Shown: positions 12,801 to 25,094 of the stretch, one piece after another
How the letters are laid out: each line of letters begins with the position of its first letter
How positions within the stretch are numbered: position 1 is the stretch's first letter
Notes under the pieces: model-generated
Seen by the model: only the letters and a program-made list of their open reading frames with translations
Database searches by the model: none
What the model was told of the DNA's origin: nothing
DNA from: Haliotis rubra
Taxonomy: Eukaryota
Direction: 5' to 3'
Length of the DNA stretch: 64,000 nt
Assembly (NCBI RefSeq): GCF_003918875.1
Contig: NW_025767152.1
Coordinates: 682,001-746,000 of the forward strand
Made by a program: the position numbers and the translations under genes

Positions 12801-15800
12801 ATATTTTGAAATATTGGGTGGTTAAATTGTCCTTAATTGATAGTCTGAAAAAATTATGAAATATTGGGTGGTTAAATTGTCCTTAATTGATAATCTGAAA
12901 AAATTATGAAATATTGGGTGGTTAAATTGTCCTTTTGTTTCATCAATATTGAGGAGATTTTTTAACCTAGTAACTTGATCTCTCTGAAAAGGTATAATTT
13001 GTTACGGTTATTTTTTTGTACACCAGGAATCTTATTACTGCATATACAGTATATTATGATAATTCTGTATATGTGAGTGAGCAAGTTTAGTTTTACGCAG
13101 CACTTAGCAATGTTTCAGCTATATGGTGGGCGGTCTGTAAATAATCGAGTCTGGACCAGACAATCCAGTGATCAACAGCATGAGCATCGATCTATGCAAT
13201 TGGGATACAATGACATGTGTCAGCCAAGTCAGCAAGCCTGACCACCGATCCCGTTAGTCACCTCTTACGACAAGCATGGGTTACTGAATTCACATTCTAA
13301 CCCAGATCTTCACGGGCTATTCTGTATATGTATGCATGGGTGTATATATATGATAGGGGGTGGTGGGGTAGCCTAATGGTTAAAGCGTTGGCTCGTCATG
13401 CCGAAGACCCGGGTTTGAATCCCCACATGGGCACAATGTGTGAAGCCCATTTCTGGTGTCCCCCGCCGTGATGTTGCTGGAATATTGCTAAAAGCGGCGT
13501 AAAACCAAACTCAGTCAGTCAGTCAGTATTCAGCTTGGCATTGTCTATAGCAATTGTTATAGAATAAGACAGTTCATCAGTCAGTATATATATGATAGAT
13601 TTCTGATTTCCTGATTGTATATTTGTTGTTTAACGCTGTACTCAGCAATATTCCAGCTACGTGGTGGCTGTAAAAAACGAGCCTGAACCAGACATTCCAG
13701 TGATTAAAATCATGAGCATTGATCTAGTCAATGGGGATATGATTGTATTACAAGGTTATAAGGTTGAACAGTTGATGTGTTGTGAAATAAAAATGAGAAG
13801 GGGCAACTTCACTGATTTCAACACAGTGGTACCGTTCTTAATGGCATGTTGACAATGTGTGTTGTTTTTTAGGTGAGAGTTGTGATCCTTGGACAAGACC
13901 CATACCACGATGACGGGCAGGTGAGAAACTCACCTATAAACCTCAAGTGACATCACGCTATTGTTCAGTTGGGTTGTTCTTTACAGTAGTAAAGTTCTGC
14001 AGTCAGTTTCCTGGTCATTCTCCAGGAAATTCCAGAATTTCTTAAGGAATGCCCTGGGTTTTTATACATAGCCATTGAGTTTGAATTATTTTATTTGCAC
14101 ACGTTTTGAAGATTGATATAACTTTGTCTTGCTATTACCACGAATATGATGAAGTAAAATATCACAGTGTTGAAAATTTCCAACAATATTGTGTCAATGC
14201 CTGTTTTCAATATTTGTTTTAGGAGACATTACCAGAGTGGTCTAAGGGGAGGTAATTGTGTAGTATATGGGGATCTGGTTCTAACTGTTTTGGATAATTT
14301 GAAACCAAGGGCTTTTGGTTTTAGGCGCGGAAGGGCTGGCGTTCGGTGCCAGATGGACTGGCTGTTCCTCCGTCTCTAAAGAACATCTACAAAGGAATTG
14401 ACAACAGACATCCCAGGGTTCAAGGCAGCCTGCTGGGCGGAAGTCTAGAGAAATGGGCTGTACAAGGAGTGTTCCTTCTCAATGCCTACGCTCACTGTGG
14501 AGTAAGTTTGTCACCGTAAAGCGTTTGTGTGATATATAGAGGTGACTGCTGAGGGCTTTTTAGCTCAACTGGCCCTGTGTCACAGCATGTACTATTGTCA
14601 TTTTGTGTGCTATGAACATTGTCCGAAAATATTATGAAGTAATAATTCTATATTTTTGTCCTCTTCTCATAATGGCTTGGATGTTTCTATTAGAGCTGTG
14701 ACGATATATCGTCGTATCGATAATCATGATATCTTTTCTGACAATAAATATATCGATACTTTTTTTAGTATCGTGATATGTATCGTTGACCTAAAAATTG
14801 TGAATTTTCACTGGAAATTGACGGGTGTGTCAAAATTTACACTGTTACTTGTTATTCAAATACACCTTTCTATAGAAAATAACTAAAGATAGCATATCGT
14901 GATCGCATTGTATCGAATCATTATCATTCCAAGATATCAAGATCATTATCATAAAATTTCTGTATCGTCCACACCTCTAGTTTCTATAAGGGTGTTAATG
15001 GCTTTCAAATCATCCATACCAGGGTTAGATTTGGTTTACAGCAACTCATGTTTTTATAAAGACACAACTAAGGGGATACATGTCTTATGTCTGGAAACTG
15101 CTGAGTGCAGGGTTTAAAACAACAAATAAAGAAATAAACTGACACATCAAAGCATCCAATTTTAATATCAATATTGTCACTAGGATGAATCTTTTATTCT
15201 GAAAAACATAAAGGGCCCTAGACGTGAAATGTGGTCAACAGGGTGATCTTAAGTAAGGCCATATAGTTCAAAGCTACGGAAGTGTAGTAGGGACACAGTG
15301 GTCTCTTTATCTCCTACTTAGGACATAATATCTCCAATGTAGGACTTACTATCTCCTACGTAGGACATAGTATCTCCTACGTAGGGCATAGTATCTCCTA
15401 CGTAGGACATAGTATCTCCTACGTAGGACTCAGTATCCCCTACGTAGGACTTAGTATCCCCTACGTAGGACTTCGTATCTCCTATGTAGGACTTAGTATC
15501 TCCTACGTAGGACATTGTATCTCCTATGTAGGACATCGTATCTCCTACGTAGGACATCATATCTCCTACATAGGACTTAGTATCTCCTACGTAGGACATT
15601 GTATCTCCTACGTAGGACATCATATCCCCTAGGTAGGACTTAAGTCTCTCCCTCGTGGGACTTACATTATCACCTACATAGGACTTCGTATCTCCTATGT
15701 AGGACTTAATATCTCCTCGTTGGACATACTATATGTATTTTCTTAATATCTCCTACATAGGAGATGATAAATATATATAAAGATATTTCGCGATATATAC

Positions 15801-18800
15801 ACAACTAATGTTCCGTGAGGTGAAAGGAAATTGATAAGAATCCTGCAGTTATGTGGATGGGTCACACGTAATTATTAAATTCGAGCAACCACATCCAGAC
15901 TTGATAATAATTTCTTCCATTTTTTAATGTTACAGTTTATGTCTACTTAGAGGCTAGTAATGGCTAGAAAGTACGAGGTATTTACAATTCAAATCTGGGT
16001 ACTGAGTGTAAGCTTAATGTTGTAATTACACGCGTATGCCAATCATAGCAATTGAATAATTCCAGAAAAAAAGTTCCCTTTTAAAGTTTGTTTTTGTTTA
16101 TGCAGGACGTTAGATAGTAGAAATGTGAGTCAGTGAATTTTCATGACACTAGCATGAGTGTTGCTATACAGTGTTGTTGTGTATAACGTTAGGGTGGCGT
16201 GAACCTTCTATTGATAAGTGCAGTTATAGCAATTTTTGGTATGGTTATGTTTGATCTATCATACATGCATCTATTCATACACAGAGGGAGAGAGAGGAGG
16301 GTAGGTGGGGAGGGATGAGGTTATGATATGAAACTCCTCCGCAAGTTGCTGCGTGTCTTCCGATGGGGCTAGGTTGGATCGGATACAACGCTCGTTGTTT
16401 GCGCTTTGTTCGTGATTGTTTACAGGTTGACTTGACTGGGTGAAAAAGTGTTGAATGCGGCGTAAAACAATACCAAATTCAAAGAATTGTCATTCTAGTT
16501 ATTTGTAAACCACTGTAACACAAAAATACATACCGGTATATGGGCCAATGATCAATGTCACTCGCATTTAAAATGTTGCATAGCCTACCGACCGGATCTA
16601 CTTGAAGTCCACCGGACCACAAGCACAGGTTACTGGGTTTAGTTCTAACACAGAATCCCCATGATGTGAAATGCCACAAACTCTTTTTTTAATTTTTTTT
16701 ATTATTTCCAGTGATAAATTATATTTTTTAAAAATATTTTTTATTAGTCAAATATGACAGAAAACGCATTTCACGAGTATTTACAGTATACATTTTCATG
16801 CCACAAACTGGACAAGCTGTAATATTTATTCACAAGAAGATGGTAATGTTGTCTTTTATCTTGGAGGAAGGTCAGGACAAATATTGTTGACAAACATTTT
16901 CTGTGTCGACGTAGATACTACACTCGACCGGCTTCTGAATCGTGGAATAACCAGGCATAAATTGCCACCGATAGTCTATCACAGGTCTGTGCATGCTTAT
17001 TATGACCCATTTGCTACAACTTCTGAAATATCCACTGCATAATAGTAAAGTGTAACAAAATGCAACACATAACAGTGAACTAACTGCAACGGGTAATAGT
17101 AGAGCAAACTGAACGCAAGGCAGTGAAGTATAACAGTCGGTCCAACACGTGACAGTAATGTGCAGCAATTAGTTCAACACATGACTCTAATAGTGAATGA
17201 AACAGCAGACTCTAATAGTAAATGAAACACATGATAGTAGATAGTGAGTGAGTGAGTTCAGTTTTACGTCGCTTTTAACTATTTTCCAGTAACATCATTG
17301 CAGGGGGACACCAGAAACATGCTTCACACATTGTATCCATGTGGAGAATCGAACACGGGTCTTTGGCGTGACTAGCGAACACTTTAACCACTAGGCTACC
17401 CCACCGCTCAGACTCTTATAGGAAATGAAACACATGTATACAACACTGACTGAAACAGTGAAACAGGGGATTATTTGAGTGTCTGGGGATTTAAGTTGAC
17501 CATTTCAAATTAATGTATATTAATATATATCACTCATCTCCTTCAAAGGAGGTATTGTATGTCCTACGTAGGAGATACTAAGTCCTACATAGGAGATATT
17601 ATGTACTACGTAGGATATAGTAAGTCTTACATAGGAGATACCAAGTCCTACGTAGGAGATATGAAGTACTATGTAGGATATAGTATGTCCTACGTAGGAC
17701 TTCATAACTCCTACGTAGGAGACAGTAAGTCCTACGTAGCAGATACTAAGTCCTATGTAAGAGATATTAAGTATTACATAGGAGATACTATGTCCTACGT
17801 AGTACTTAATAACTCCTACGTAGGAGATACTAAGTCCTCTGTTGGAGATACTAAGTCCTACGTAGGAGATAAAACAACCTATGTAGGAGATACTATGTCC
17901 TATGTAGGAGATACTATGTCCTATGTAGGAGATACTATGTCCTATGTAGGAGATACTAAGTCCTACGGGTTTTTTATAACGTACATATATTCCATTACTT
18001 TTTATTGCATAAATTGTTTTCGTTTCGATATGGCTGCAATATTGCCGATGTGACGTTAAATATTAACTCACTCACTATGTCCTACGTAGGAGATAATGAT
18101 ACCAAAACATTTTTCACCACATTAAAAATCTATTTTTGAATTTATTCAGCCATTGCTCATTGTGCATGTGAAGCTAGCAGTGGTGCTCAGCATCCTGCAT
18201 TGGAAATAAACACTATGTGTTTATCTCGCCAAGGTTTGCTAAATACAATGTTTATTCCCAAAGCAGGATATTAACCATCCCAAAACATATTCGGATGATA
18301 ACGTATATATCTTTGTGAGTTAAATTTGGTTATTTGAAACAGGTGTAGCCAGTTGTCAATTATCCAATGAGTGTTGTGTAACCAAACTAGATTATTCAGT
18401 GATGGTGAATTCATAATGCAGAAATTTCTGTTGCTACCTTGATATTTTGTATTGACACTATAACTCCATTCAAGCATTTTTTACCAAAAATGTCAACCAA
18501 ACAAAACATTAGGTTTGTACATGATTAAAATTCAATTACAGTGTCATGGGGATTAGTAGTTGTTTTTCAACTGAATATTTTTGTTTATTTTTGCCTTTAA
18601 AGTAATACTAAGACAGAGTTATCTCCCTTTCATTTTGTTTACATCTGGCATCATCCGCTTGATTTGTCATTCTAGATCACACTGTCTTGCCAACCTATGT
18701 GTGATAAATAGATCACAAAACTCGTGGATGTCAAATATGGATATTTTGCTTGTGAAAACATCAAAACGTTTAAGAATATTGTGTTGGACAATTTGTCATA

Positions 18801-19239
18801 TTCAACACCCACAAGCTTTGTAATCACTATATATTGAGCTGCAGGTGCAATCTGTTTGTCAGGTGCAACAAGGTTATTACCTAATGTTGCGTTGGGTGCA
18901 AGAAGGTTTCATCTCCTTATTTTGATCCCTGCATTTCGTTACCTCTTCTGTTTCAGGGCACACACTCCTAACTCACATAAAGGCTATGGCTGGCAGAAGC
19001 TGACTGACCAGGTCATCAAGATCATCAGTGATCAGTGCCCATTTGTCGTTTTCATCCTCTGGGGAAACTTTGCTCAGAAAAAGGGCAAACTAATTGATGA
19101 TAAGAAGCACGCAATCATTAACAATGCTCACCCCTCCCCACTAAGTTTTACCAGGTTCGCAGGCTGTAAGTGTTTCTCTGCCACTAATGATGCTCTGCAG
19201 AAGAAAGGGTTCTCTCCCATAAACTGGTCGCTGGAGTAA
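9718..19239 (+). CDS. UNG: Uracil-DNA glycosylase, family 1 (5 exons: 9718-9826, 11378-11601, 13873-13920, 14325-14501, 18957-19239; ~278 aa after correcting exon-4 indels)
   Basis: All family-1 UDG motifs in order: IFPPKEKIFNAF, VVILGQDPYH, PPSLKNIYK, WAVQGVFLLN, VFILWG, HPSPLS. GT-AG introns with phases 1, 0, 0, 2. Confidence 0.93.
11378..11601 (+). CDS. UNG: UNG exon 2
   Basis: Within ORF 11338-11625 (SWTKAL..IFPPKEKIFNAFNLTPIDE); GAG|GTAAAC donor. Confidence 0.92.
11680..12934. repeat. 50-bp minisatellite, ~25 copies, in UNG intron 2
   Basis: Unit TAATTGATAATCTGAAAATATTTTGAAATATTGGGTGGTTAAATTGTCCT, nearly invariant, no spacers. Confidence 0.97.
13074..13316 (-). mobile_element. SINE-like family C, full length
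   Basis: Minus strand runs from CCCGTGAAGATC.GGGTTAGAA to the (CTCA)n tail. Confidence 0.88.
13357..13583 (+). mobile_element. Family B SINE plus 3' extension, bounded by a 15-bp TSD
   Basis: GTATATATATGATAG at 13342-13356 and 13584-13598; A and B boxes present. Confidence 0.9.
13873..13920 (+). CDS. UNG: UNG exon 3 (catalytic VRVVILGQDPYHDDGQ)
   Basis: TTTTTTAG| acceptor, CAG|GTGAGA donor, 48 nt in frame. Confidence 0.95.
14325..14501 (+). CDS. UNG: UNG exon 4 (contains small indels as assembled)
   Basis: SVPDGLAVPPSLKNIYK and SLEKWAVQGVFLLNA in frame; AEGLAF, ELTTDIPGFK and TLTVE appear in shifted frames; |GTAAGT donor at 14502. Confidence 0.85.
14691..14979. mobile_element. hAT-type MITE
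   Basis: Imperfect TIRs TAGAGCTGTGACGATA / TATCGTCCACACCTCTA; 8-bp TSD GTTTCTAT on both sides. Confidence 0.85.
15299..18104. mobile_element. Foldback-like element: two inverted arrays of a 21-bp unit (~15300-15765 and ~17550-18100) around a ~1.8-kb core
   Basis: Left unit TCCTACGTAGGACATAGTATC, right unit is its reverse complement; outer ends TGGTCTCTTTATCTCCTAC and GTAGGAGATAATGATACCA are complementary. Confidence 0.7.
17245..17407 (-). mobile_element. Family B SINE inside the foldback core
   Basis: Same A/B boxes and tail as other family B copies. Confidence 0.8.
18957..19239 (+). CDS. UNG: UNG exon 5 (terminal)
   Basis: TTTCAG|G GCA acceptor; HTPNSHKGYGW..FILWGNFAQKK..AHPSPLS..INWSLE then TAA. 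Confidence 0.95.
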
Positions 19240-19287
19240 CAGGAGCTGTAGCAGCTGGGTCATGAAGTCACATGACCTGTAGTATTT

Positions 19288-21167
19288 CAGGGCTCCCACA
19301 GGTCAGGGAAAAGTCAGGGAAATTGGGCATTTCTATGAAAGTCAGGGAAAAGTCAGGGAATTTTGATATGTTTTCAAAAGTCAGGGAATTTTGATATGTT
19401 TTCAAAAGTCAGGGAAAAGTCAGGGAAATTTGGCATTTCTATGAAAGTCAGGGAAAAGTCAGGGAATTTTGATATGTTTTCAAAAGTCAGGGAAATTTGG
19501 CATTTCTTTGAAAGTCAGGCAAAAGTCAGGGAATTTTTATATGTTTTCAAAAGTCAGGGAATTTTGATATGTTTTCAAAAGTCAGCAAATTTGGGGTTTA
19601 AGTCAGGGAAATTTAGGGTTTGGGTCAGGGAAAAGTAAGACTCAGAATGTCGCTAACCAGGTATGGTAGTAGTCAAAGTCAAAGAAGCAGCACATGTTAC
19701 AGACATTTCATGAAATAAATTACAGTTCAGATAAGAGATTGCTTTTAACAGCATGTTTTACATAATGCCCTAGATTACATATTACATTTTCATTTCTGGA
19801 GGATAGAATGGAAACAGAGTCACTTGAAGGATATTTTTACAGATAATTATTTGGCAGGTATTGTTTTCTGAAATTAGCATAATGTGATTTTTATCTTCTA
19901 CAGCCGGGTGACATAACAGACATATTCTTCTATGAAGCACAATCGGTTGGATTTGTGAATCAAACAATATGAAACATATTTTCTGGGTTAAAATTCCAAA
20001 ATTCTGGGAAACTGACATAAATTTGATAAGAGCCTTCTTAGCATGAATGCGGGGTGATATAGTCGACGCCTTGCCCGTCTGTCTGTCCCTCCATCTGTAA
20101 TCATTTTGTTTCCGGAGCATAACTCGAAAACGGTTCAATTTTTTAACAAAACTTTGCAGATATATCAAACAGAACCTAAAGTGGTGCCTTTGACTAATTA
20201 CATATTTTTGTCATTTTTATTTTTCTTGGTTTCCATGGAAACCTTAAGTAACTGTCAGATGATTTGCTCTTTCATATTTGTATGGGCTGGGGGATTTGTC
20301 ATCTTCTGATGACTCTTGTTTAGTATGGAAAAACACTAGTCCGAGATAGGCATAGTGATTAACAATAGATAATTGTTTGCCATTTAAAAACATTTTTCTT
20401 TATAGGCAACAGATCCACTTCTTCTAAAGATAACTATGTTAACAGATAATTTTCCATTCATTTGTATACTGTTCCAAAATATTATAAATAGTATGATGGC
20501 TATGGTGGTTTCTTGCAAATTGTGGAAGCCTATATTGGCCAAAAATACCCATATAAGTTTCATTGTTAAAGTACAGCATAGGTTTATAATATGCCCTATG
20601 TTCTGACATTTGCTGTTTATTCACAAATGGAAAGTGGTTGAATGGTGTTCATAATCTAGTTGTCATGGTTGTACTGAATGGAAAGTTACATCTTGCATGT
20701 TTATTCTTTCCAAATACGCCTTTGATAATTACAACATTTTGTGAAAATGAATACATGTGTTCCTGACTTTGAATGAAACAATTCAATTAAATCATTAGTT
20801 TCACATTTATGCTCTTTGTCAAAAGCCTTTAATATAAAATACAAAGTTTTCAGATGATATATTACTGACTGCACCTGAGAATATATATATGATAGTCCAA
20901 TGTATCTAATAGTATTATGTAACATTGTGGCAGGAGAGTCAAGGAAAATTTTCTTCCTCACAAACATAAATGTTTTGGTTAATGTAATAAATTAACAAAT
21001 ATTGTGTGTATTTATGATATGTGTGAAGGAAATATCTTAACAGGGTGGTTAGGACTGACTGAAAGGGAGGAAGAAGGCCAGTTTTACACTTAAATGGTCA
21101 GGGAAAAATCTATACTTATCAGGGAAAAGTCAGGGAATTTTGGCCTGCCATGCCTGTGGGAACCCTG
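19288..21167. mobile_element. Non-autonomous DNA transposon (1.9 kb) in the UNG 3' region, 5-bp TSD
   Basis: TIRs CAGGGCTCCCACAGG / CCTGTGGGAACCCTG (14/15); TSD TATTT on both sides; subterminal AAAAGTCAGGGAA repeats at 19300-19640 and 21097-21140. Confidence 0.88.
20030..20320 (+). mobile_element. Helentron/HINE-like non-autonomous element nested in the 1.9-kb transposon
   Basis: (GTCT/GTCC) microsatellite near the 5' end, 3' stem-loop GTCATCTTCTGATGAC then TCTTGTTT; the same end recurs inverted at 63488. Confidence 0.6.
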
Positions 21168-21194
21168 TATTTTTCGACCCTGTAGTGGCTAGCT

Positions 21195-21840
21195 CGAGTA
21201 CCTGGTCCCTGCAATGACTTTATCGCAAGCATCTGGTCCCTGTAATGACTTTATCTCAAGTATCTGGTCCATGCGTTAACAAGAACTGTGGCAGCTGGTC
21301 ATTACAGTGACAAGAGCCATTGCAGCTGGTTCACACATTGGCAAGAGCTGTAGCAATTTGTCATTACAGAGTTGTGATAGCTGTTGCAGCTGGTCCCTAC
21401 AGCGACAAGAGCTGTAGCAGCTGGTCCTTACAGCGATAAGAGCTGTAGCAGCTGGTCCCTACAGCGACAAGAGCTGTAGCAGCTGGCCCCTACAGGGACA
21501 AGAGCTGTAGCAGCTGGCCCCTACAGGGACAAGAGCTGTAGCAGCTGGTCCCTACAGCGACAAGAGCTGTAGCAGCTGGTCCCTACAGCGACAAGAGCTG
21601 TAGCAGCTGGTCCCTACAGCGACAAGAGCTGTGGCAGCTAGCGACAAGAGCTGTAGCAGCTGGTCCCTACAGCGACAAGAGCTGTAGCAGCTGGTCCCTA
21701 CAGCGACAAGAGCTGTAGCAGCTGGTCCCTACAGTGGCAAAAGCTGTAGCAGCTGGTTGCCAAATTGGCTAGAGTTGTAGCATCTTGTCATTACAGGGAC
21801 CAGAGCTGTGGCAGCTGTAGCATCTCATCATTAGAGTGAC
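21195..21840 (+). repeat. 31-bp minisatellite in UNG 3' UTR
   Basis: Unit AGCTGGTCCCTACAGCGACAAGAGCTGTAGC, homogeneous over ~21390-21755 and degenerate at both edges. Confidence 0.93.
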
Positions 21841-22316
21841 ACAGACTCATACAATCAACAGTTGGTTTAAGAGAGCACATCAGCACATGTCCAATAGCAT
21901 TGATAGCAGTGCTTGCTTCAATCATGAAACAACATTGTCATTTGTGTGGGTGAATGAGAATTGTTCAGTGTCTCTTTTAACCAGATTCCAGCAATAGATT
22001 CCTTGCACAGGGTCCAATTTTGTCTTAGTTCTTAGGATTTGCACTAGCATTCAATATTTTTCAGCGTTACAAATATACCAATTTTTATGCATATCTTGTA
22101 AATGTAACAATTTGTTATCAATATTCTAAATCTAATTGTTTTTTTTACACCTATCTTGTTAATATAATATTTTTTTATTATTGCTTGTAAACTGATATAG
22201 TTATTTTTACACATGTTGTTTTGATGTAACATTAACCATATATATTTGTAGAGACTATATTTCTTTTTGTAATTTTCCCCCATGTTTTTAATGAGCAGTT
22301 TTGGGACAGATTTTTA

Positions 22317-22322
22317 AATAAA
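22317..22322 (+). terminator. Candidate UNG polyadenylation signal AATAAA
   Basis: Follows a U-rich 3'-UTR-like tract (22050-22310). Confidence 0.5.
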
Positions 22323-22440
22323 ACACTTTGCGACAGTTTTGCATGTGTCATTCTTCAAAACTTTAGGTCATGTATCATACTGACACATTACTGCTTGACC
22401 AGATTGGTGACCATCAGCTGTTGAAATAGCTGGATACAGT

Positions 22441-23693
22441 GAAGATCTTCGTTAGAATTGGTCTTCAGCAACCCATGCTTGTTATGAGAAGCGACGGAGG
22501 GGATCGTTGGTCAGATTGACTAACTTGGTTGACATTCCACTTGCGCTTAGTCATTGAATATATACTCATGGAAATGAATAAGGGAACACATGAAAGTACA
22601 AGTGTTCCTTTATTTATTCTTGAGAGTGGAAGGTCGCGGGTTCGATCCCCGACAGCGTCGTACCAAAAGACGTTAAAATATGGTACTTGTTGGTCCCTGC
22701 CTGGCTCGGCATTAATGGGTACAACAAGGACTGGTTAAACTCAGAGTCAGTATACCATGCTTCACTGCGACATGGTATCTCAGTGGGCTAGCACTATAAA
22801 ACCAGCTTAAGTCTGGGCTAGTACAAGCAGCCTCACACATACACGCGTTGTCATATGAGCCGAAATATTCTCAAGCCGCGACGTAAACCCAATTTCACCT
22901 CACCTCACCTTATTTATACCCAGAATTAGCCCATTTCTGGTGTCCCCTGCCGTGATATTGCTGGAATATTGCTAAAAGCGGCATAAAACTAAACTCAATC
23001 AGTCAGTATACCAAGAATTTCACCCACAGCACAATACATACCTTGTGAAGAAACCTGGAAAAGAATAAAGGAGGCTGTCTGTAATTAATCAAGTCTGGAC
23101 CAGACAATCCAGTGATCAACAGCATGAGCATAGATCTACGAAATTTCAAAATTCCTTTTGTGATGGCATGTGTCAACCAAATCAGTGAGTCTGACTACCT
23201 GATCCCCTCAGTCGCCTTTTATGAGTGAGTTAGTTTAGTTTAACACCGCACTCAGCAATATCCCAGCATATGGCGGCGGTCTGTAAATAATCGAGTCTGG
23301 ACCAGACAATCCAGGGATCAACAGCATGAACATCAATCTATGCAATTTGGATCACGATGATGTGTCAATCCAGTCAGCGAGCGTGACCAGCCGATCCCGT
23401 GAGTAAGCCTCTTACAAGTTTCTGAAGATCAATTCTAACCCGGACCTTCACGGGTGTATGAGGTTTATACAGCAAAATTGATGTTTGTGACGACAGCAGT
23501 CCTAAGCGTATCTAACCCTTATTCCCAGAGGGGCGGTGGGGTAGCCTAGTGGTTCAAGCATTGGCTCGTCATGCGGAAGACCCGGGTTCGATTTCCCACA
23601 TGGGTACTATGTTTGAAGCCCATTTCTGGTGTCCCCCAACTTGATATTGCTGGAATATTGCTAAAAGCGGAGTAAAACCATATTCACTCACTC
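22441..23693. mobile_element. SINE cluster: C fragment 22441-22535 (+), A 22624-22910 (+), B fragment 22930-23007 (+), C pieces 23075-23455 (-), B 23530-23693 (+)
   Basis: Each block matches family A/B/C copies elsewhere; mirrored at 62003-63225. Confidence 0.85.
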
Positions 23694-23839
23694 TATTCCC
23701 AGAATTCAAATCACTAATAGAACTGTATCTGTGATTCATAAGAACACAATACAAAACAGAACACAGATTCAAAACCCTTTATTTCAAAGTAAAAAAATAT
23801 AAACGTTGGTTGTTTAACAATACTTTAAAAGCATACAGT

Positions 23840-24208
23840 TAGGTCTGGCTATTGATGATATAGATTATAGGAATTGATAATCATCAACTAAAAATTAATA
23901 ATTGATTATCGCTAATTATCGGAGACGTAACTTCGAGCAAAAATGCCCAAACTATCTGAAATAAAGGAAAATATTTCACATCACTGGGAGTGCTGACATG
24001 TTTTTGCTGTGATTATTAACAAAACTACATTCTGAACACAATTTAGAAGCAGATTACGAATAATGTCCTAAATTGGTATTGTGCGAGAAAATTATGATTT
24101 TTTTTCTACCACATAGGTTGATATACGATATTATTGATCACACAATTTTCATATCAATAATCATTAATAATATTTCCAATCGATGATATTTCTGATTAGC
24201 CAGTGCTA
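23840..24208. mobile_element. hAT-like MITE (diverged; related fragment at ~5950-6190)
   Basis: TAGGTCTGGCTATT..ATTAGCCAGTGCTA termini, degenerate 8-bp flanks CATACAGT/GATACAAT, ATCGAT-rich subterminal motifs. Confidence 0.55.
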
Positions 24209-25094
24209 GATACAATCACATATTGATAACACATTTGTGTCTCGGTCCAGTATATGACAGATGGACATGCCAAAGTCACAGAAACGGAGAATTATATCTC
24301 CTTCCAAACGAGCAATCAGAACTAAATGAGCTGTTGCTTAGATCCTGCTGGAACAAGCAAAAATAAGCTCTTAAGACAACTGAAACTAACTGTCATACCG
24401 TTAAGTATTTTTAATTTAATTAAATGGGAATTTTCATTTGTGAAGTTTTTTCAATTTGGATGTATATATCTTGTTCATTTTGTCAGGAATGTAGTCAGAT
24501 AAACAGAATTCCCATGTACCATACTCAAATGAGATTCTCAGATATGTAGAGCTGATACAAGTGATGAATCTCGATCAGTGCAATATCTGTTTGAAGCCCA
24601 ACACATGTGTTTAGCTTATTATGGTATATTGTCATTGTTTTGTGCCTATATATTTCTTGGCAATTATACAATTTTACATACTTCAAGGATTTGGGCCTGA
24701 ACATAACTTGTTCATTTCTGACGACTAAATGAATCTTATCATTTTAAACATATAAAACATGGATTTTTTTATCAACATTGAACTATAATGGAATGATACT
24801 GAATATATACATTTCAACAACACAAATAAATAAATGATACAAGTAAACATGTCTCAAAAAATAACTTGTCACCATGACATAGAATGATAAATAAAAAATA
24901 TGCTTTTGTTCATTGTGGATGGATTCATGTAAAGGCATAAATACAACAAGAAGTGGTATGGCCCATATATCTTCGAGGCCTGGTCAAGTCGGACATTGTT
25001 TTTGAATTATTGACTTTTAATGTTGGCAGAAGCTTAAACCAAGAAACAAATTATATAAGGTCTCAGAACAAAAGAACAACCAGATGATATCAGT

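Noticed and set aside
15318-18053. (MSYVGDT)n ORFs on both strands
   Set aside because: Product of a stop-free 21-bp repeat within UNG intron 4
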